Assembly: GCA_018818885.1 (NCBI GenBank)
Contig: JAHIRB010000018.1
Location: 5,041 to 69,040, forward strand
From: Patescibacteria group bacterium
GTDB lineage: Bacteria; Patescibacteriota; Patescibacteriia; Buchananbacterales; SURF-54
Length of the DNA stretch: 64,000 bases
Direction: 5' to 3'
Below, in pieces: positions 54,002-62,501 of the stretch (within the stretch, counting starts at the first letter, position 1; every line of letters begins with the position of its first letter). The notes under the pieces were generated by a model. The model ran no database searches. It was given only the letters and a program-made list of their open reading frames with translations, and was not told the DNA's origin. Both the position numbers and the translations under genes were made by a program.

Positions 54002-54597
54002 TTCAAATTAATATACTTTTTAAATTTTTCATTTTTCAAATAAAAATATCCCATCATAGAAACAAACCCACCACCTAGCGAATCAACTATTAGATCCCAC
54101 ATAGTATCTACTAAACCTCGCTTTTGCATATTCACACCAAAGAATTGATCCATGGAAAATTCAAAAATTTCCCACAAAGCACCCAAGGCAATAGCAAAAG
54201 AAAAGGCAAACATTGCCACAAATCCCGCACTTAATTTAAGAGGTTTATATTCTTTATTTAAGGAATAAACAAGAGAAAAACCGATCACTCCAATAATTAC
54301 TCCAGAAAGCGTATGCAAAAATAAATCCCACCACCAAAATTTCAAATAAAAATCCAATACTCCACCAAAAAATATTGAAGTGTAAATAAAAAAGACGATC
54401 AAAATTTCAAATTCAGAAGGGTACTGATGTTTTAATCTTTTCGAAAGAATGCTTGGCAGAAACGTCAAAATAAAAGTTATAATTGTTAGTCCAAGGTTTA
54501 ACCAGTCCCCTTTAATAATGGTTATAGTTGCAGCAATCATTAAAAGCAGGCGAAAAAGTATTGAAATCCAGGATTTTAAACTTTTATTATTGAACAT
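53989..54597 (-). CDS. hypothetical polytopic membrane protein
   Basis: 202 aa with 5-6 TM helices. Overlaps the AlkD-like start by 13 nt. Confidence 0.4.
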   Translation of the reverse strand: MFNNKSLKSWISILFRLLLMIAATITIIKGDWLNLGLTIITFILTFLPSILSKRLKHQYPSEFEILIVFFIYTSIFFGGVLDFYLKFWWWDLFLHTLSGVIIGVIGFSLVYSLNKEYKPLKLSAGFVAMFAFSFAIALGALWEIFEFSMDQFFGVNMQKRGLVDTMWDLIVDSLGGGFVSMMGYFYLKNEKFKKYINLKWRS

Positions 54598-54605
54598 AAT
54601 TTATC

Positions 54606-55274
54606 TTATAAATAATCTTTAGGAAAGTTAGTACAAATTGCATCAATACCTTTTTTGATTACTTTATCCCCAATTTTCTTATTTAATATTTTCCAAGCAT
54701 AACATTCCAGTCCAAGTTCATGCGCTTTCTTTATTCTTCTTTTTTTAACTAAGTTGTAACGAAAGCCAATGCTATCTAATGGTATTGATAGCGCAAATTT
54801 CCAGATATTTTTTGAATATTTTCTTATCAAATAACTTACCTTAAGATTCGGGTTGGCTGTTTTGATTTCTTTTATCATATCAATGTCAAAAGAACTCACC
54901 CTAACATCATCTGTTAAATTATTTTTTAGTATTATTTCGTTTACTGGTTTCGCTGTTTTTTTGCCTTTTAATTCAATATATAAATTAATTTTACCTTTAC
55001 ACAAGTCAATTACTTCTTGCAACGTGGGAATTTTCTGACCTTCTTCGCAATTTAGTTTTTTTAGTTCATCAAGAGTCATCCCTGATACATAACCATGGCC
55101 ATCTGTAGTCCTATCAACTTTTTCGTCGTGGATTACAACAACTTCTCCATCTTTGGTTAGGTGAACATCCAATTCTGTGCCATTACAACCCAAATCAATT
55201 GCCTTTTGGAATGAAAGCAAAGTGTTTTCTGGGGCATAACCGCAAGCCCCGCGATGTCCGATAATGAGTGTCAT
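54606..55274 (-). CDS. glycerophosphodiester phosphodiesterase
   Basis: IIGHRGA...ENTLLSF...GTELDVHLTKDGEVVVIHD GDPD motifs. 222 aa. Confidence 0.8.
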   Translation of the reverse strand: MTLIIGHRGACGYAPENTLLSFQKAIDLGCNGTELDVHLTKDGEVVVIHDEKVDRTTDGHGYVSGMTLDELKKLNCEEGQKIPTLQEVIDLCKGKINLYIELKGKKTAKPVNEIILKNNLTDDVRVSSFDIDMIKEIKTANPNLKVSYLIRKYSKNIWKFALSIPLDSIGFRYNLVKKRRIKKAHELGLECYAWKILNKKIGDKVIKKGIDAICTNFPKDYL

Positions 55275-55283
55275 ATTATTTAA

Positions 55284-55472
55284 TTAAAACACAAATAAGT
55301 CATCAATAGTTGTTTTAAGTGCTTTGGCTACATCATGCGCAAGCTGTAGTGAAGGATTATATTTCCCCTTCTCTAAAAATACAATAGTTTCACGCCTCAC
55401 TCCTACTTTACGCGCAAGATCTTCTTGAGTTAAGTTATATTGCTGTCTAAGTTCCTTGATTTTGTTATTCAT
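55284..55472 (-). CDS. XRE-family HTH transcriptional regulator
   Basis: 62 aa. [45 protein letters not shown] Cro/C1-type HTH. Confidence 0.75.
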   Translation of the reverse strand: MNNKIKELRQQYNLTQEDLARKVGVRRETIVFLEKGKYNPSLQLAHDVAKALKTTIDDLFVF

Positions 55473-55475
55473 AGA

Positions 55476-55520
55476 TTACAAATTACGTATCAATACAAAT
55501 ATACTAATGACGAATTAGAG
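55476..55520. repeat. degenerate partial copy D of the palindromic repeat family (AAATTACGTATCAATACAAATATACTAAT...GACGAATTAG)
   Basis: Matches the left arm with several substitutions. No clear right arm. Confidence 0.35.
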
Positions 55521-55564
55521 TATAAAATAAATAAATAAATTGTACCTTGGCTCGTTGTACATTG

Positions 55565-55948
55565 TTACTTGTCACAGCGCTTTTGGTAAACCTGAAACGT
55601 TACAATTTTTGTAATCATTATAAAACAAACAATATACAAAAATAATAATCCAATTCTTTTAAATTCTGGATAATTCACGCTAACTGCCATCAGTGTTGCG
55701 CCAATAGTTACTAAAGTAATTGTAACAATGTTGATAGTTGCTAGTGCACCTCTTCCAGCAACTTTGTAATCACGTTCATCCGCAGTAACTTCGTCTACCT
55801 GACGAAATAAATAATAGATTAAAAAGGTTGCCACTATTATTGATATTGGCACAACTACAGAATATCCTTGACTGACAGAAATTCCCATTATAATAGCAAG
55901 TGAGACAATTATAACGATTCTAATTTTTTCAAATGTTTTCTTCTTCAT
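55565..55948 (-). CDS. hypothetical 3-4 TM membrane protein (typical partner of a small XRE regulator)
   Basis: 127 aa, hydrophobic. Confidence 0.4.
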   Translation of the reverse strand: MKKKTFEKIRIVIIVSLAIIMGISVSQGYSVVVPISIIVATFLIYYLFRQVDEVTADERDYKVAGRGALATINIVTITLVTIGATLMAVSVNYPEFKRIGLLFLYIVCFIMITKIVTFQVYQKRCDK

Positions 55949-55954
55949 ATGTTA

Positions 55955-55985
55955 CTAATTAATACAAATATTACGAATTGGATTT
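55955..55985. repeat. degenerate partial copy E of the palindromic repeat family (TAATTAATACAAATATTACGAATTGG)
   Basis: Left-arm-like fragment only. Confidence 0.3.
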
Positions 55986-55990
55986 ATTAT

Positions 55991-56476
55991 TTATAATTTG
56001 CCCTTCCTTTCAAAATATAATAGTAAAGAGATAAATACTATTGCCATAACAAGTATGGCAGTACCCGTTGCTTGTGATGGTCGAGTAAAGTAATCATCAC
56101 CAAACCAGCCGAGAAAGAGCAACAGATAAATAGAAAATAAGAATGTATAATGGCCTGCTTTATAGCTGGCTTTTTTAGATCTTTCGTCTTCTACTGGGAC
56201 ATTGTCTTTAACACTTTTAGCATTTCTAATAATAACTGGGATAACCACCGCAATTATTAGTAGTAAAATAATTGGTAGCGCGAGATTAAAAAGATTGAAA
56301 TCAGAATTGTTTTGCCAAGATTTAACTAGCCAAAGTCCAGATGTGCCAATAAACATGACAAGCAATATTACTAGTAATGTGAGTTTAATTTTGTCTTTTG
56401 ACATAGGTTTTTGCTTATTATATGTTAGAAATATATCACTATCTATAATGTTATATAATTCTAACATAGATGTCAA
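55991..56476 (-). CDS. hypothetical 4-TM membrane protein
   Basis: 161 aa, hydrophobic. Confidence 0.4.
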   Translation of the reverse strand: MTSMLELYNIIDSDIFLTYNKQKPMSKDKIKLTLLVILLVMFIGTSGLWLVKSWQNNSDFNLFNLALPIILLLIIAVVIPVIIRNAKSVKDNVPVEDERSKKASYKAGHYTFLFSIYLLLFLGWFGDDYFTRPSQATGTAILVMAIVFISLLLYFERKGKL

Positions 56477-56490
56477 GGGGTAGTTGTGGA

Positions 56491-56532
56491 TAAAATAAAA
56501 GGGGCCGTTTTCTACGAAAGAAACGTGCCCCT
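56491..56532 (-). terminator. terminator for the anti-sigma gene: hairpin AGGGGCCGTTTTCT...AAACGTGCCCCT followed on the minus strand by TTTTATTTT
   Basis: Long nested stem. The T-run is on the minus strand only. Confidence 0.5.
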
Positions 56533-56545
56533 GGTTTATATGAAT

Positions 56546-58102
56546 TTAATTTTGTATTACTTCTACTTTTACTTCCTCTACATCATTTATATCTATTTGC
56601 ACGGCTGGCATTGGTAAGGGTTCAATTCTTGAGCCATCGTCTTCAGATTCAAATTCGACCAATATTTCTGTAATTAATGGCACCACAACATTTTTCTTAT
56701 TTAAGTTTGGCACTACACGTCCATCGACACCATCAATATTAGGCCTGCTAATTATCGGGAAGATTAATGCAGGAACTAACAGCTCATCATTTTGTTCGTT
56801 CTGATAGACCCATTTTCTAAAATAACCCAAGCTTGGCTGTCCAACTTCAATTTCTAATGTATCTTGAGCATTGCCATAGTTATAAGAAAAAATACCGCCT
56901 TTTTCCACCCACTTCATTACAAGATTTGCATCAGTAATTGCAGGGTAGGAAGAACTTTGGTAATTTTGTGTGGTTAAACTTGTAACATTGTTAACTTTTT
57001 TTTCTTTAACATCTACTGCTATATTAAGCCCTATTGGATAACCATTGCCTTCGAATACCCCCTGCCCATTAATTTCTAACGGATATGTAACCATTAAAGT
57101 ATCTGGTACATAAAAGCTAGCTTTATCGGTTGCTTGTTCATAGAATATTTTCCAGTTATTATCTATAAACGGCTGACCATAATTAGCTAAGCTTATTTTT
57201 GCTGCATTCAAGAAATCACTAGCAATTTTTATTATCACATCATCTGCTGGCAGATCATTTATGTTTATACGTTGCTGGTCGTAGCACTTTTGGTCGTTAC
57301 ATCTAACTTGCGGCCATTGCTTATGATTTTTAAAGATAGTTAAGGCGCCTTCGTCTAAATTAGCATTAATAGTGTAGCCATAAGGTTTGTTTTGGGAAAA
57401 ACTTATGTTTTGAACCTGACTGTTAGAAAATCCAGATAGATCGGCTAGGCCTAAGTTGAAACTTTGTAGTAAGCTAGTTAAGCTGTCAGCGCTTGTATTA
57501 CCTTTAACTTTTTTTAAAACATCAAGAGTTTGTTGATCTAAAGTAATTGGCTCGCCTTTATAGACATACTTGTAATTAATTGCTTCATAATAAGGTGGAA
57601 TAAGATTTCCAACTTCTGATGTAGGCATTCCTCCTCCTCCGCCACTCTGAGTGCGGGGCTGGGCTGCGCCGATACCATCAGTTGAGCCGAGTTGTTCACT
57701 ACCACCTGCTAAACTGCCAAAAGCGCTGTCTGTAACTTTAGATATTTGTAATCCAGTCAAAAATGTTTGAGTAAATTCACCTTTTGATTTGTTTAAGGTA
57801 TAGGCCACTGGAATCATGATAACTATTGCTATCACAGCACCAACTGCCGCGTAATTTAGTTTTCTCATAGTCAATGAATTAATAATTAGATCGATGACTG
57901 AAAATTGATTTTTGGTTTTTATTTCAGTTGCTTTATCAATTAACTCCGCGCGAAGTTTTTTGGCAAAGCTGGCATCGAATGTAGTGTTTGGCTTTGTAGC
58001 CAAAATATTTTTAATGATAATTTTTAGTTCGTTTTCGTATTTTTTAAAGCTTGAATCAATCTGATAAAGTTCATTTAAAATTTGTTGTAGATCATTTTTC
58101 AT
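56546..58102 (-). CDS. putative anti-sigma factor: N-terminal cytoplasmic segment, one TM helix, large extracytoplasmic domain
   Basis: 518 aa. 4-bp overlap with the upstream ECF sigma gene. TM at about residues 80-100. Assignment is by position and topology only. Confidence 0.45.
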   Translation of the reverse strand: MKNDLQQILNELYQIDSSFKKYENELKIIIKNILATKPNTTFDASFAKKLRAELIDKATEIKTKNQFSVIDLIINSLTMRKLNYAAVGAVIAIVIMIPVAYTLNKSKGEFTQTFLTGLQISKVTDSAFGSLAGGSEQLGSTDGIGAAQPRTQSGGGGGMPTSEVGNLIPPYYEAINYKYVYKGEPITLDQQTLDVLKKVKGNTSADSLTSLLQSFNLGLADLSGFSNSQVQNISFSQNKPYGYTINANLDEGALTIFKNHKQWPQVRCNDQKCYDQQRININDLPADDVIIKIASDFLNAAKISLANYGQPFIDNNWKIFYEQATDKASFYVPDTLMVTYPLEINGQGVFEGNGYPIGLNIAVDVKEKKVNNVTSLTTQNYQSSSYPAITDANLVMKWVEKGGIFSYNYGNAQDTLEIEVGQPSLGYFRKWVYQNEQNDELLVPALIFPIISRPNIDGVDGRVVPNLNKKNVVVPLITEILVEFESEDDGSRIEPLPMPAVQIDINDVEEVKVEVIQN

Positions 58103-58668
58103 ATTATGTTGGTAATATTTATAACGAAAAATAAGATAATTAGTGACATTTCTTCACGCAATTTTCTAATACTTCGGGAAAATATCATTTTAGAGTTAGC
58201 AACAGAGTTTTTGGTAATTTCAGAAATTTCTTGATAGGACAGTTGATCCCAAAGTCTCATCACTACAATTTCTTTCTGAAGGGGTTTTAATTTATTGAGA
58301 TGTTTTGAAACCTCTTGTAATTTTTGTTTAACATCGATATCACGTTCAATGTCGCTATCGGTTGATAAGTCCCATATAGCATCAATATCTATAGCATTTT
58401 TTTTAGAACGATAATAGTCTATTACATTATTTCTTGCGATTCTATATAGCCACGAAGAAAAACTACCTTTAGTAGAATCGTATTTGTTGATATTTTGCAG
58501 TGCTTTAAAAAAAGTCTGCGAGGTTAAATCTTCTGCTGTTTCTTTGTGAGAAGTTTTATAAAAGATAAAACTATAGATTTTTTTGATATAAACGTCGTAA
58601 AGCTGAGCGAATTGTTCTAATTCCCCCGCCTGACATCTTGTAATGATTGTGGATTCAGCGTTTTCCAT
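58099..58668 (-). CDS. ECF-type RNA polymerase sigma-70 family factor
   Basis: Region 2 (YSFIFYKT...WLYRIARNNVIDYYR) and region 4 HTH (LSYQEISEITKNSVANSKMIFSRSIRKLRE). 189 aa. Confidence 0.75.
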   Translation of the reverse strand: MENAESTIITRCQAGELEQFAQLYDVYIKKIYSFIFYKTSHKETAEDLTSQTFFKALQNINKYDSTKGSFSSWLYRIARNNVIDYYRSKKNAIDIDAIWDLSTDSDIERDIDVKQKLQEVSKHLNKLKPLQKEIVVMRLWDQLSYQEISEITKNSVANSKMIFSRSIRKLREEMSLIILFFVINITNII

Positions 58669-58835
58669 GTTAAACCGAACTTTAAGTCAATTGAGCTATT
58701 TTGTTTAGATATTCCTAAGAATTTAAGTATTTTTGTAAACATATTTCCTTTAGTTATTTAATTTTTCTGTAATATATAACGAAACTAAAGGTGAAAGGTA
58801 ACATATTAAGTATATCCTGCCTGCGCCAGACAAGC

Positions 58836-58866
58836 AAAAAAATCACCTATACAGTGATTTTTTTGT
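58836..58866. terminator. bidirectional terminator A-run, ATCAC-CTATACA-GTGAT, T-run
   Basis: Symmetric A/T runs flank a 5-bp stem. Confidence 0.45.
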
Positions 58867-58875
58867 ATGTTTAGA

Positions 58876-59184
58876 TTAAGCCCCAGTAGCATTCAATATA
58901 TTAGCAACTACAAAGTTAGTAATTGCTAACGCCGAAAGGATTATGACCAGTCCGATCACACCAGCAGCAACAACTTTTTGGCCAGAACCGCTTTTATCTG
59001 CATTGCCACCTGCTGTCATCATCATAACACCGCCAGCAATAATTCCAACAATAACTAGTATTGCTAAAAATCCCAAGGCTACATTAACAATTGTCATTAC
59101 CGATTCTCTCAATTCTCTTGTTCCTAAACCTGTAGAAGAAAGATAACCCATCCCAGTATCGAGTGCATAAACTGGCAAGGTCAC
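58876..59184 (-). CDS. small 2-TM membrane protein, possibly pilin-like (VirB2/TrbC-type)
   Basis: 102 aa with two long Gly/Ala/Val/Ile-rich helices flanking GNADKSGSGQK. The family call is tentative. Confidence 0.35.
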   Translation of the reverse strand: MTLPVYALDTGMGYLSSTGLGTRELRESVMTIVNVALGFLAILVIVGIIAGGVMMMTAGGNADKSGSGQKVVAAGVIGLVIILSALAITNFVVANILNATGA

Positions 59185-59334
59185 AAATAGAAAAATTGAA
59201 AGTAAGCAAAGTACTGTAATTAATGTTTTTATATATTTTTAAATTATTTTTTCTTCTATTTTGGCTTTGTTTTCTAAACCCCTGAATTTGTAGTTAAATA
59301 GCATTTAGCCAGTTATTATGTTTGACATAATGGT

Positions 59335-59562
59335 TTATTCTTTTTTCTTCTTCTTAAAGATTGTTATATAAAGATGTAGAGCTAATAAAATTAAGAAAGG
59401 ATAAAGTATCCAGTCGTGAAGTTTAAAAGACAAAGCTTTGGTTAAAACACCAAAAGTTATTTTTTCCATCACACGATAGTAAGTAATGCCTAGGCCGGAA
59501 ATTAAATAAATTACAATTGCTACTAGTAGTCCGTAGTGGACAGATTTTTTGAAAGTTTTCAT
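59335..59562 (-). CDS. small 2-TM membrane protein
   Basis: Start set at the internal Met (MKTFKK), because the ORF's N-terminal 24 codons lie inside the GC-rich palindrome. Confidence 0.35.
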   Translation of the reverse strand: MKTFKKSVHYGLLVAIVIYLISGLGITYYRVMEKITFGVLTKALSFKLHDWILYPFLILLALHLYITIFKKKKKE

Positions 59563-59575
59563 AGATTCTCTCCGT

Positions 59576-59697
59576 AGGCGACATTCGCGAATGTCGCCTG
59601 CCGCTGTTAGATTTAATTTTTTCGTAGGCGACACGCCCGCTTCGACAAGCCCGCCTAGCCGTCGAGGCTGGCGAAGCGAGGCGAGTCGACGTGTCGC
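59576..59697. repeat. GC-rich palindrome cluster: AGGCGACATT-CGCG-AATGTCGCCT, then GCGACACG...CGTGTCGC enclosing GCCCGCTTCGAC and GAGGCGAG modules
   Basis: The first palindrome shares its 10-bp arms with 22248-22271. GCCCGCTTCGAC also occurs at 21868-21879. Confidence 0.5.
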
Positions 59698-59710
59698 TTT
59701 CCGGTATTTA

Positions 59711-60394
59711 TTACTTTAGAAAATGCTCATCTAATTCCCCAGAAACTGAATAACCCCTTCTTTCCCAAAAACCCTCGTAATCTTTGTCATCAGAAAACTC
59801 AATTTCAGAAATCCATTTTATCCATTTATAACCCCACTTTGTTTCTGCAACCAGTTGAAAAGGAAAGCCGCGCTCTGGCACCATGGCCGCATCATTCATC
59901 TTATATGCCATCAATATGTCATTTTGATAAAAATATTCTATGGGGAATGCAGTTGAATAACCATCAACCGCTCTAAAAATTATTACATTAGCGTCTGCAG
60001 TTGGTTTGGCTACGTCAATTAATTCTCTAAACAACATTCCTTCCCACAAAATTGTTGCAGACCAGCCTTCTACACAGTTTAAGGTGACAACTTTTTTATA
60101 ACTATCAAATCCGTTTATAATTTCGTCATACTTATAGTTTTTTGGATTTTCAATTAACCCCGTAACTTCGAGTTCGTATTTATCAATATCTACATATTGT
60201 GGTCCTTTGATTGAGTTTTCTCTAAAAGCATTAATTGAATCAAGTTTCTGACCTTGGTAGTTAGCAATTTCAATAATATCAAGATGTTTAGTACCTCGTA
60301 CTTTATTAAATTCAATCGATAAAAAATATACTGCGCTGATAATTACTACCAGTATAAATATTACCAAAATGACGTTTGTTATTTTTTTATTCAT
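59711..60394 (-). CDS. molybdopterin-dependent oxidoreductase, MsrP/YedY (sulfite-oxidase) family, membrane-anchored
   Basis: LNCVEGWSATILWEGMLF aligns to YedY RCVEAWSMVVPWIGFPL, and GFPFQLVAETKWGYKWIKWISEIEF aligns to [25 protein letters not shown]. N-terminal TM, no Tat motif. Confidence 0.6.
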   Translation of the reverse strand: MNKKITNVILVIFILVVIISAVYFLSIEFNKVRGTKHLDIIEIANYQGQKLDSINAFRENSIKGPQYVDIDKYELEVTGLIENPKNYKYDEIINGFDSYKKVVTLNCVEGWSATILWEGMLFRELIDVAKPTADANVIIFRAVDGYSTAFPIEYFYQNDILMAYKMNDAAMVPERGFPFQLVAETKWGYKWIKWISEIEFSDDKDYEGFWERRGYSVSGELDEHFLK

Positions 60395-60477
60395 GGAGTT
60401 AGTTGATTAGAGTTAATTGTAGTAATTTGAGTAATTATAGTTGCATACTATAATTAACTACAATAACTATAATCGCT

Positions 60478-60861
60478 TTATTGCTTCTTAAAGTTTAGAC
60501 ACGCTGAGTTGATGCAATACCTCTTGCCTGTTGGGGTGGGTCCGTCCTCAAAAACATGTCCTAAATGAGAATCACAATTAGCACACTTTACTTCAATACG
60601 ATTAATACCATGGTCACTATCATCAACCAGCTCTACATTATCACTTTTTGCGACATCAGAGAAACTTGGCCAGCCAGTACCTGAATCGAATTTAGTGTCA
60701 GAAGAAAATAGTTCGTGTCCACAAGCCATACATGTGTAAGTACCCTCTTCTTTATTATTAAGATGTTCACCAGAAAATGGGGTTTCAGTACCCTTTTCGC
60801 GTAGAATGTGATATTGTTCGGGCGTTAGTTTTTTCTTAAGTTCTTCTTCGTTGATACTCAT
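60478..60861 (-). CDS. msrB: peptide-methionine (R)-S-oxide reductase
   Basis: CxxC...CxxC zinc site, GTGWPSF and HLGHVF motifs. Start set at the internal Met (MSINEEE), because upstream codons lie in GC-rich hairpins. Confidence 0.8.
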   Translation of the reverse strand: MSINEEELKKKLTPEQYHILREKGTETPFSGEHLNNKEEGTYTCMACGHELFSSDTKFDSGTGWPSFSDVAKSDNVELVDDSDHGINRIEVKCANCDSHLGHVFEDGPTPTGKRYCINSACLNFKKQ

Positions 60862-60904
60862 ATGATTATTCCTTTTGTCTTTTCGACCGATGTTAAATAT
60901 TATA

Positions 60905-60985
60905 CCTGGAGACCAGCCAGAGGCTGGTGTTCGCCAGAGGCGAATCTGCCTTTGGCATGACGCCTCTGGCGCAGATCTCACATCA
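60905..60985. repeat. GC-rich hairpin cluster (CCAGCCAGAGGCTGG, TTCGCCAGAGGCGAA, CGCCTCTGGCG)
   Basis: Three hairpins with AGAG-type loops. The CCGCCAGAGGCGG variant occurs at 16075-16089. Confidence 0.4.
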
Positions 60986-61056
60986 TACTTTATTGAAGGG
61001 TGTGGGATTTCTCCATTTCGTTCGTTACGCTCACTTCAGTCGAAATGACAAACAGG

Positions 61057-61530
61057 TTAATGACAAACCTTCTTACCAGTTTTTTTAAAATATTTTTGAT
61101 GGTACTCTTCTGCTGGGTAAAATTTTGTTGCTTTAGTAATTTCGGTTACAATATTATTGTCAAATTCAGATTGATGGTCTTGCTTAGATTTTTCTGCCTT
61201 GTCTTTTTGTGTATCATCATGATAAAAAATTGTAGAACGATATTGCGAACCTACGTCTGAGCCTTGACGGTGCATTTGTGTTGGGTTATGCATTTTCCAG
61301 AAATTATTCAATAGTTCCTCGTAGCTAATAACTTCGGGATCAAATTTAACTTGTACTGCTTCCGCGTGTCCAGTAGTATCAGAACAAACTTGTTCATAGT
61401 TTGGGTCTTCTGTTTTACCCCCGGTATAACCTACTGTTGTTTCTACCACACCATCAAGTTGATCAAAACTATCTTGAATACCCCAAAAGCATCCTGCAGC
61501 AAATGTTGCAGTATGTAATTTATCATTCAT
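61057..61530 (-). CDS. msrA: peptide-methionine (S)-S-oxide reductase
   Basis: ATFAAGCFWG active-site motif. 157 aa. Confidence 0.85.
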   Translation of the reverse strand: MNDKLHTATFAAGCFWGIQDSFDQLDGVVETTVGYTGGKTEDPNYEQVCSDTTGHAEAVQVKFDPEVISYEELLNNFWKMHNPTQMHRQGSDVGSQYRSTIFYHDDTQKDKAEKSKQDHQSEFDNNIVTEITKATKFYPAEEYHQKYFKKTGKKVCH

Positions 61531-61536
61531 ATGTAT

Positions 61537-62385
61537 TTAATCTTCTACGATTGCAGCGCATTGTCCGTCTAGACACACGCATCTTAAATATTCACCAGGC
61601 CATTGCTTACAATCACAATCTGAATTAACACTGCATTCAACTTGATAGCTTTTACTTTCTTTAGGATCTGGAGAATGCTCCCACATAGGGCAGGCCACAA
61701 CACACGAACTGTTTTCGCAAAAAGCTTGATAAGGACAATTAGATTGCACAGCATAACGCATAGGAACTTCACAATTAGAGCTGGACTTGCATATAACGCC
61801 AACCTCGGTATCAAGTATCACTGGAATTTCTAAAGCATCGTCGTTTTCTGGCAAACCAGAAGGATTATCTTTTTGAAGAATTAATGATCCATTGTTTTTG
61901 TAATTAGGTACTTCAAATTCTAAAGTTGCTGTAAATGGCACAAAATTTTCTGTCATCCACTCTCCCTGGGCGGTGGCATAACTTTCGGCAATAATTAAGC
62001 CGTCCCAATTAGTTAAAACCACGGGAAAAGTTGCTTCAAAAAACCAGTATCCACGTGCTTCACCCGAAATTTCCAATGGGCTTGCAATTATTTGATTGGG
62101 TCGTGGATTATTAAGCCTAATAAGGTCAGTTTTTTCTTGTTCATTGCCGATATTTTCTACAAAAGTTTTGCCATTTGCCATGCATTGTCTTGGATAGCTT
62201 TCCATGGCAGGGTTGCCTGCTTTAATGCAGTCATCAAAATTTTCAATTGTAGTGACATGGGTGTTTGAATTTTCAATGTTGAGGTTAATATCTGCTTTTT
62301 CTTTTGGTAAAAAGAAAATAAAGAGCACTAAAACGATAAATATGACAAGAATTGCAGCAAAAATTCTTGATAGTGTTTTTGACAT
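61537..62385 (-). CDS. secreted/anchored protein with a Gmad2-like immunoglobulin-like domain and a Cys-rich C-terminal module
   Basis: N-terminal signal-anchor. SGEARGYWFFEATFPVVLTNWDGLIIAESYATAQGEWMT resembles Gmad2/GerMN-associated domains. C-terminal 80 aa contain 12 Cys. Confidence 0.45.
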   Translation of the reverse strand: MSKTLSRIFAAILVIFIVLVLFIFFLPKEKADINLNIENSNTHVTTIENFDDCIKAGNPAMESYPRQCMANGKTFVENIGNEQEKTDLIRLNNPRPNQIIASPLEISGEARGYWFFEATFPVVLTNWDGLIIAESYATAQGEWMTENFVPFTATLEFEVPNYKNNGSLILQKDNPSGLPENDDALEIPVILDTEVGVICKSSSNCEVPMRYAVQSNCPYQAFCENSSCVVACPMWEHSPDPKESKSYQVECSVNSDCDCKQWPGEYLRCVCLDGQCAAIVED

Positions 62386-62456
62386 AGATTTTTTTAGCTA
62401 TTATTTATACTTGTTTAAGTATAGCAAAACAAGCACAAAGTGTGTAATTACTTGAT

Positions 62457-62492
62457 CAAAAAAAGCTGCCTCATGCATTGAGACAGCTTTTG
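62457..62492. terminator. bidirectional terminator A-run, AGCTGCCTCATGCATTGAGACAGCT, T-run
   Basis: Nearly perfect 11-bp palindromic stem. Confidence 0.5.
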
Positions 62493-62501
62493 TGTTAACT
62501 A

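Noticed and set aside
59563-59634. N-terminal 24 codons of ORF 59335-59634, and N-terminal 40 codons of ORF 60478-60981
   Set aside because: These extensions are encoded by the GC-rich palindromes. An internal Met gives an MsrB of normal length (MSINEEE) and a sensible small membrane protein.
61000-62455. Plus-strand ORFs 61000-61260, 61401-61628, 61642-61833, 62204-62455 and minus-strand ORF 61584-61814
   Set aside because: Antisense or overlapping within msrA and the Gmad2-like gene.
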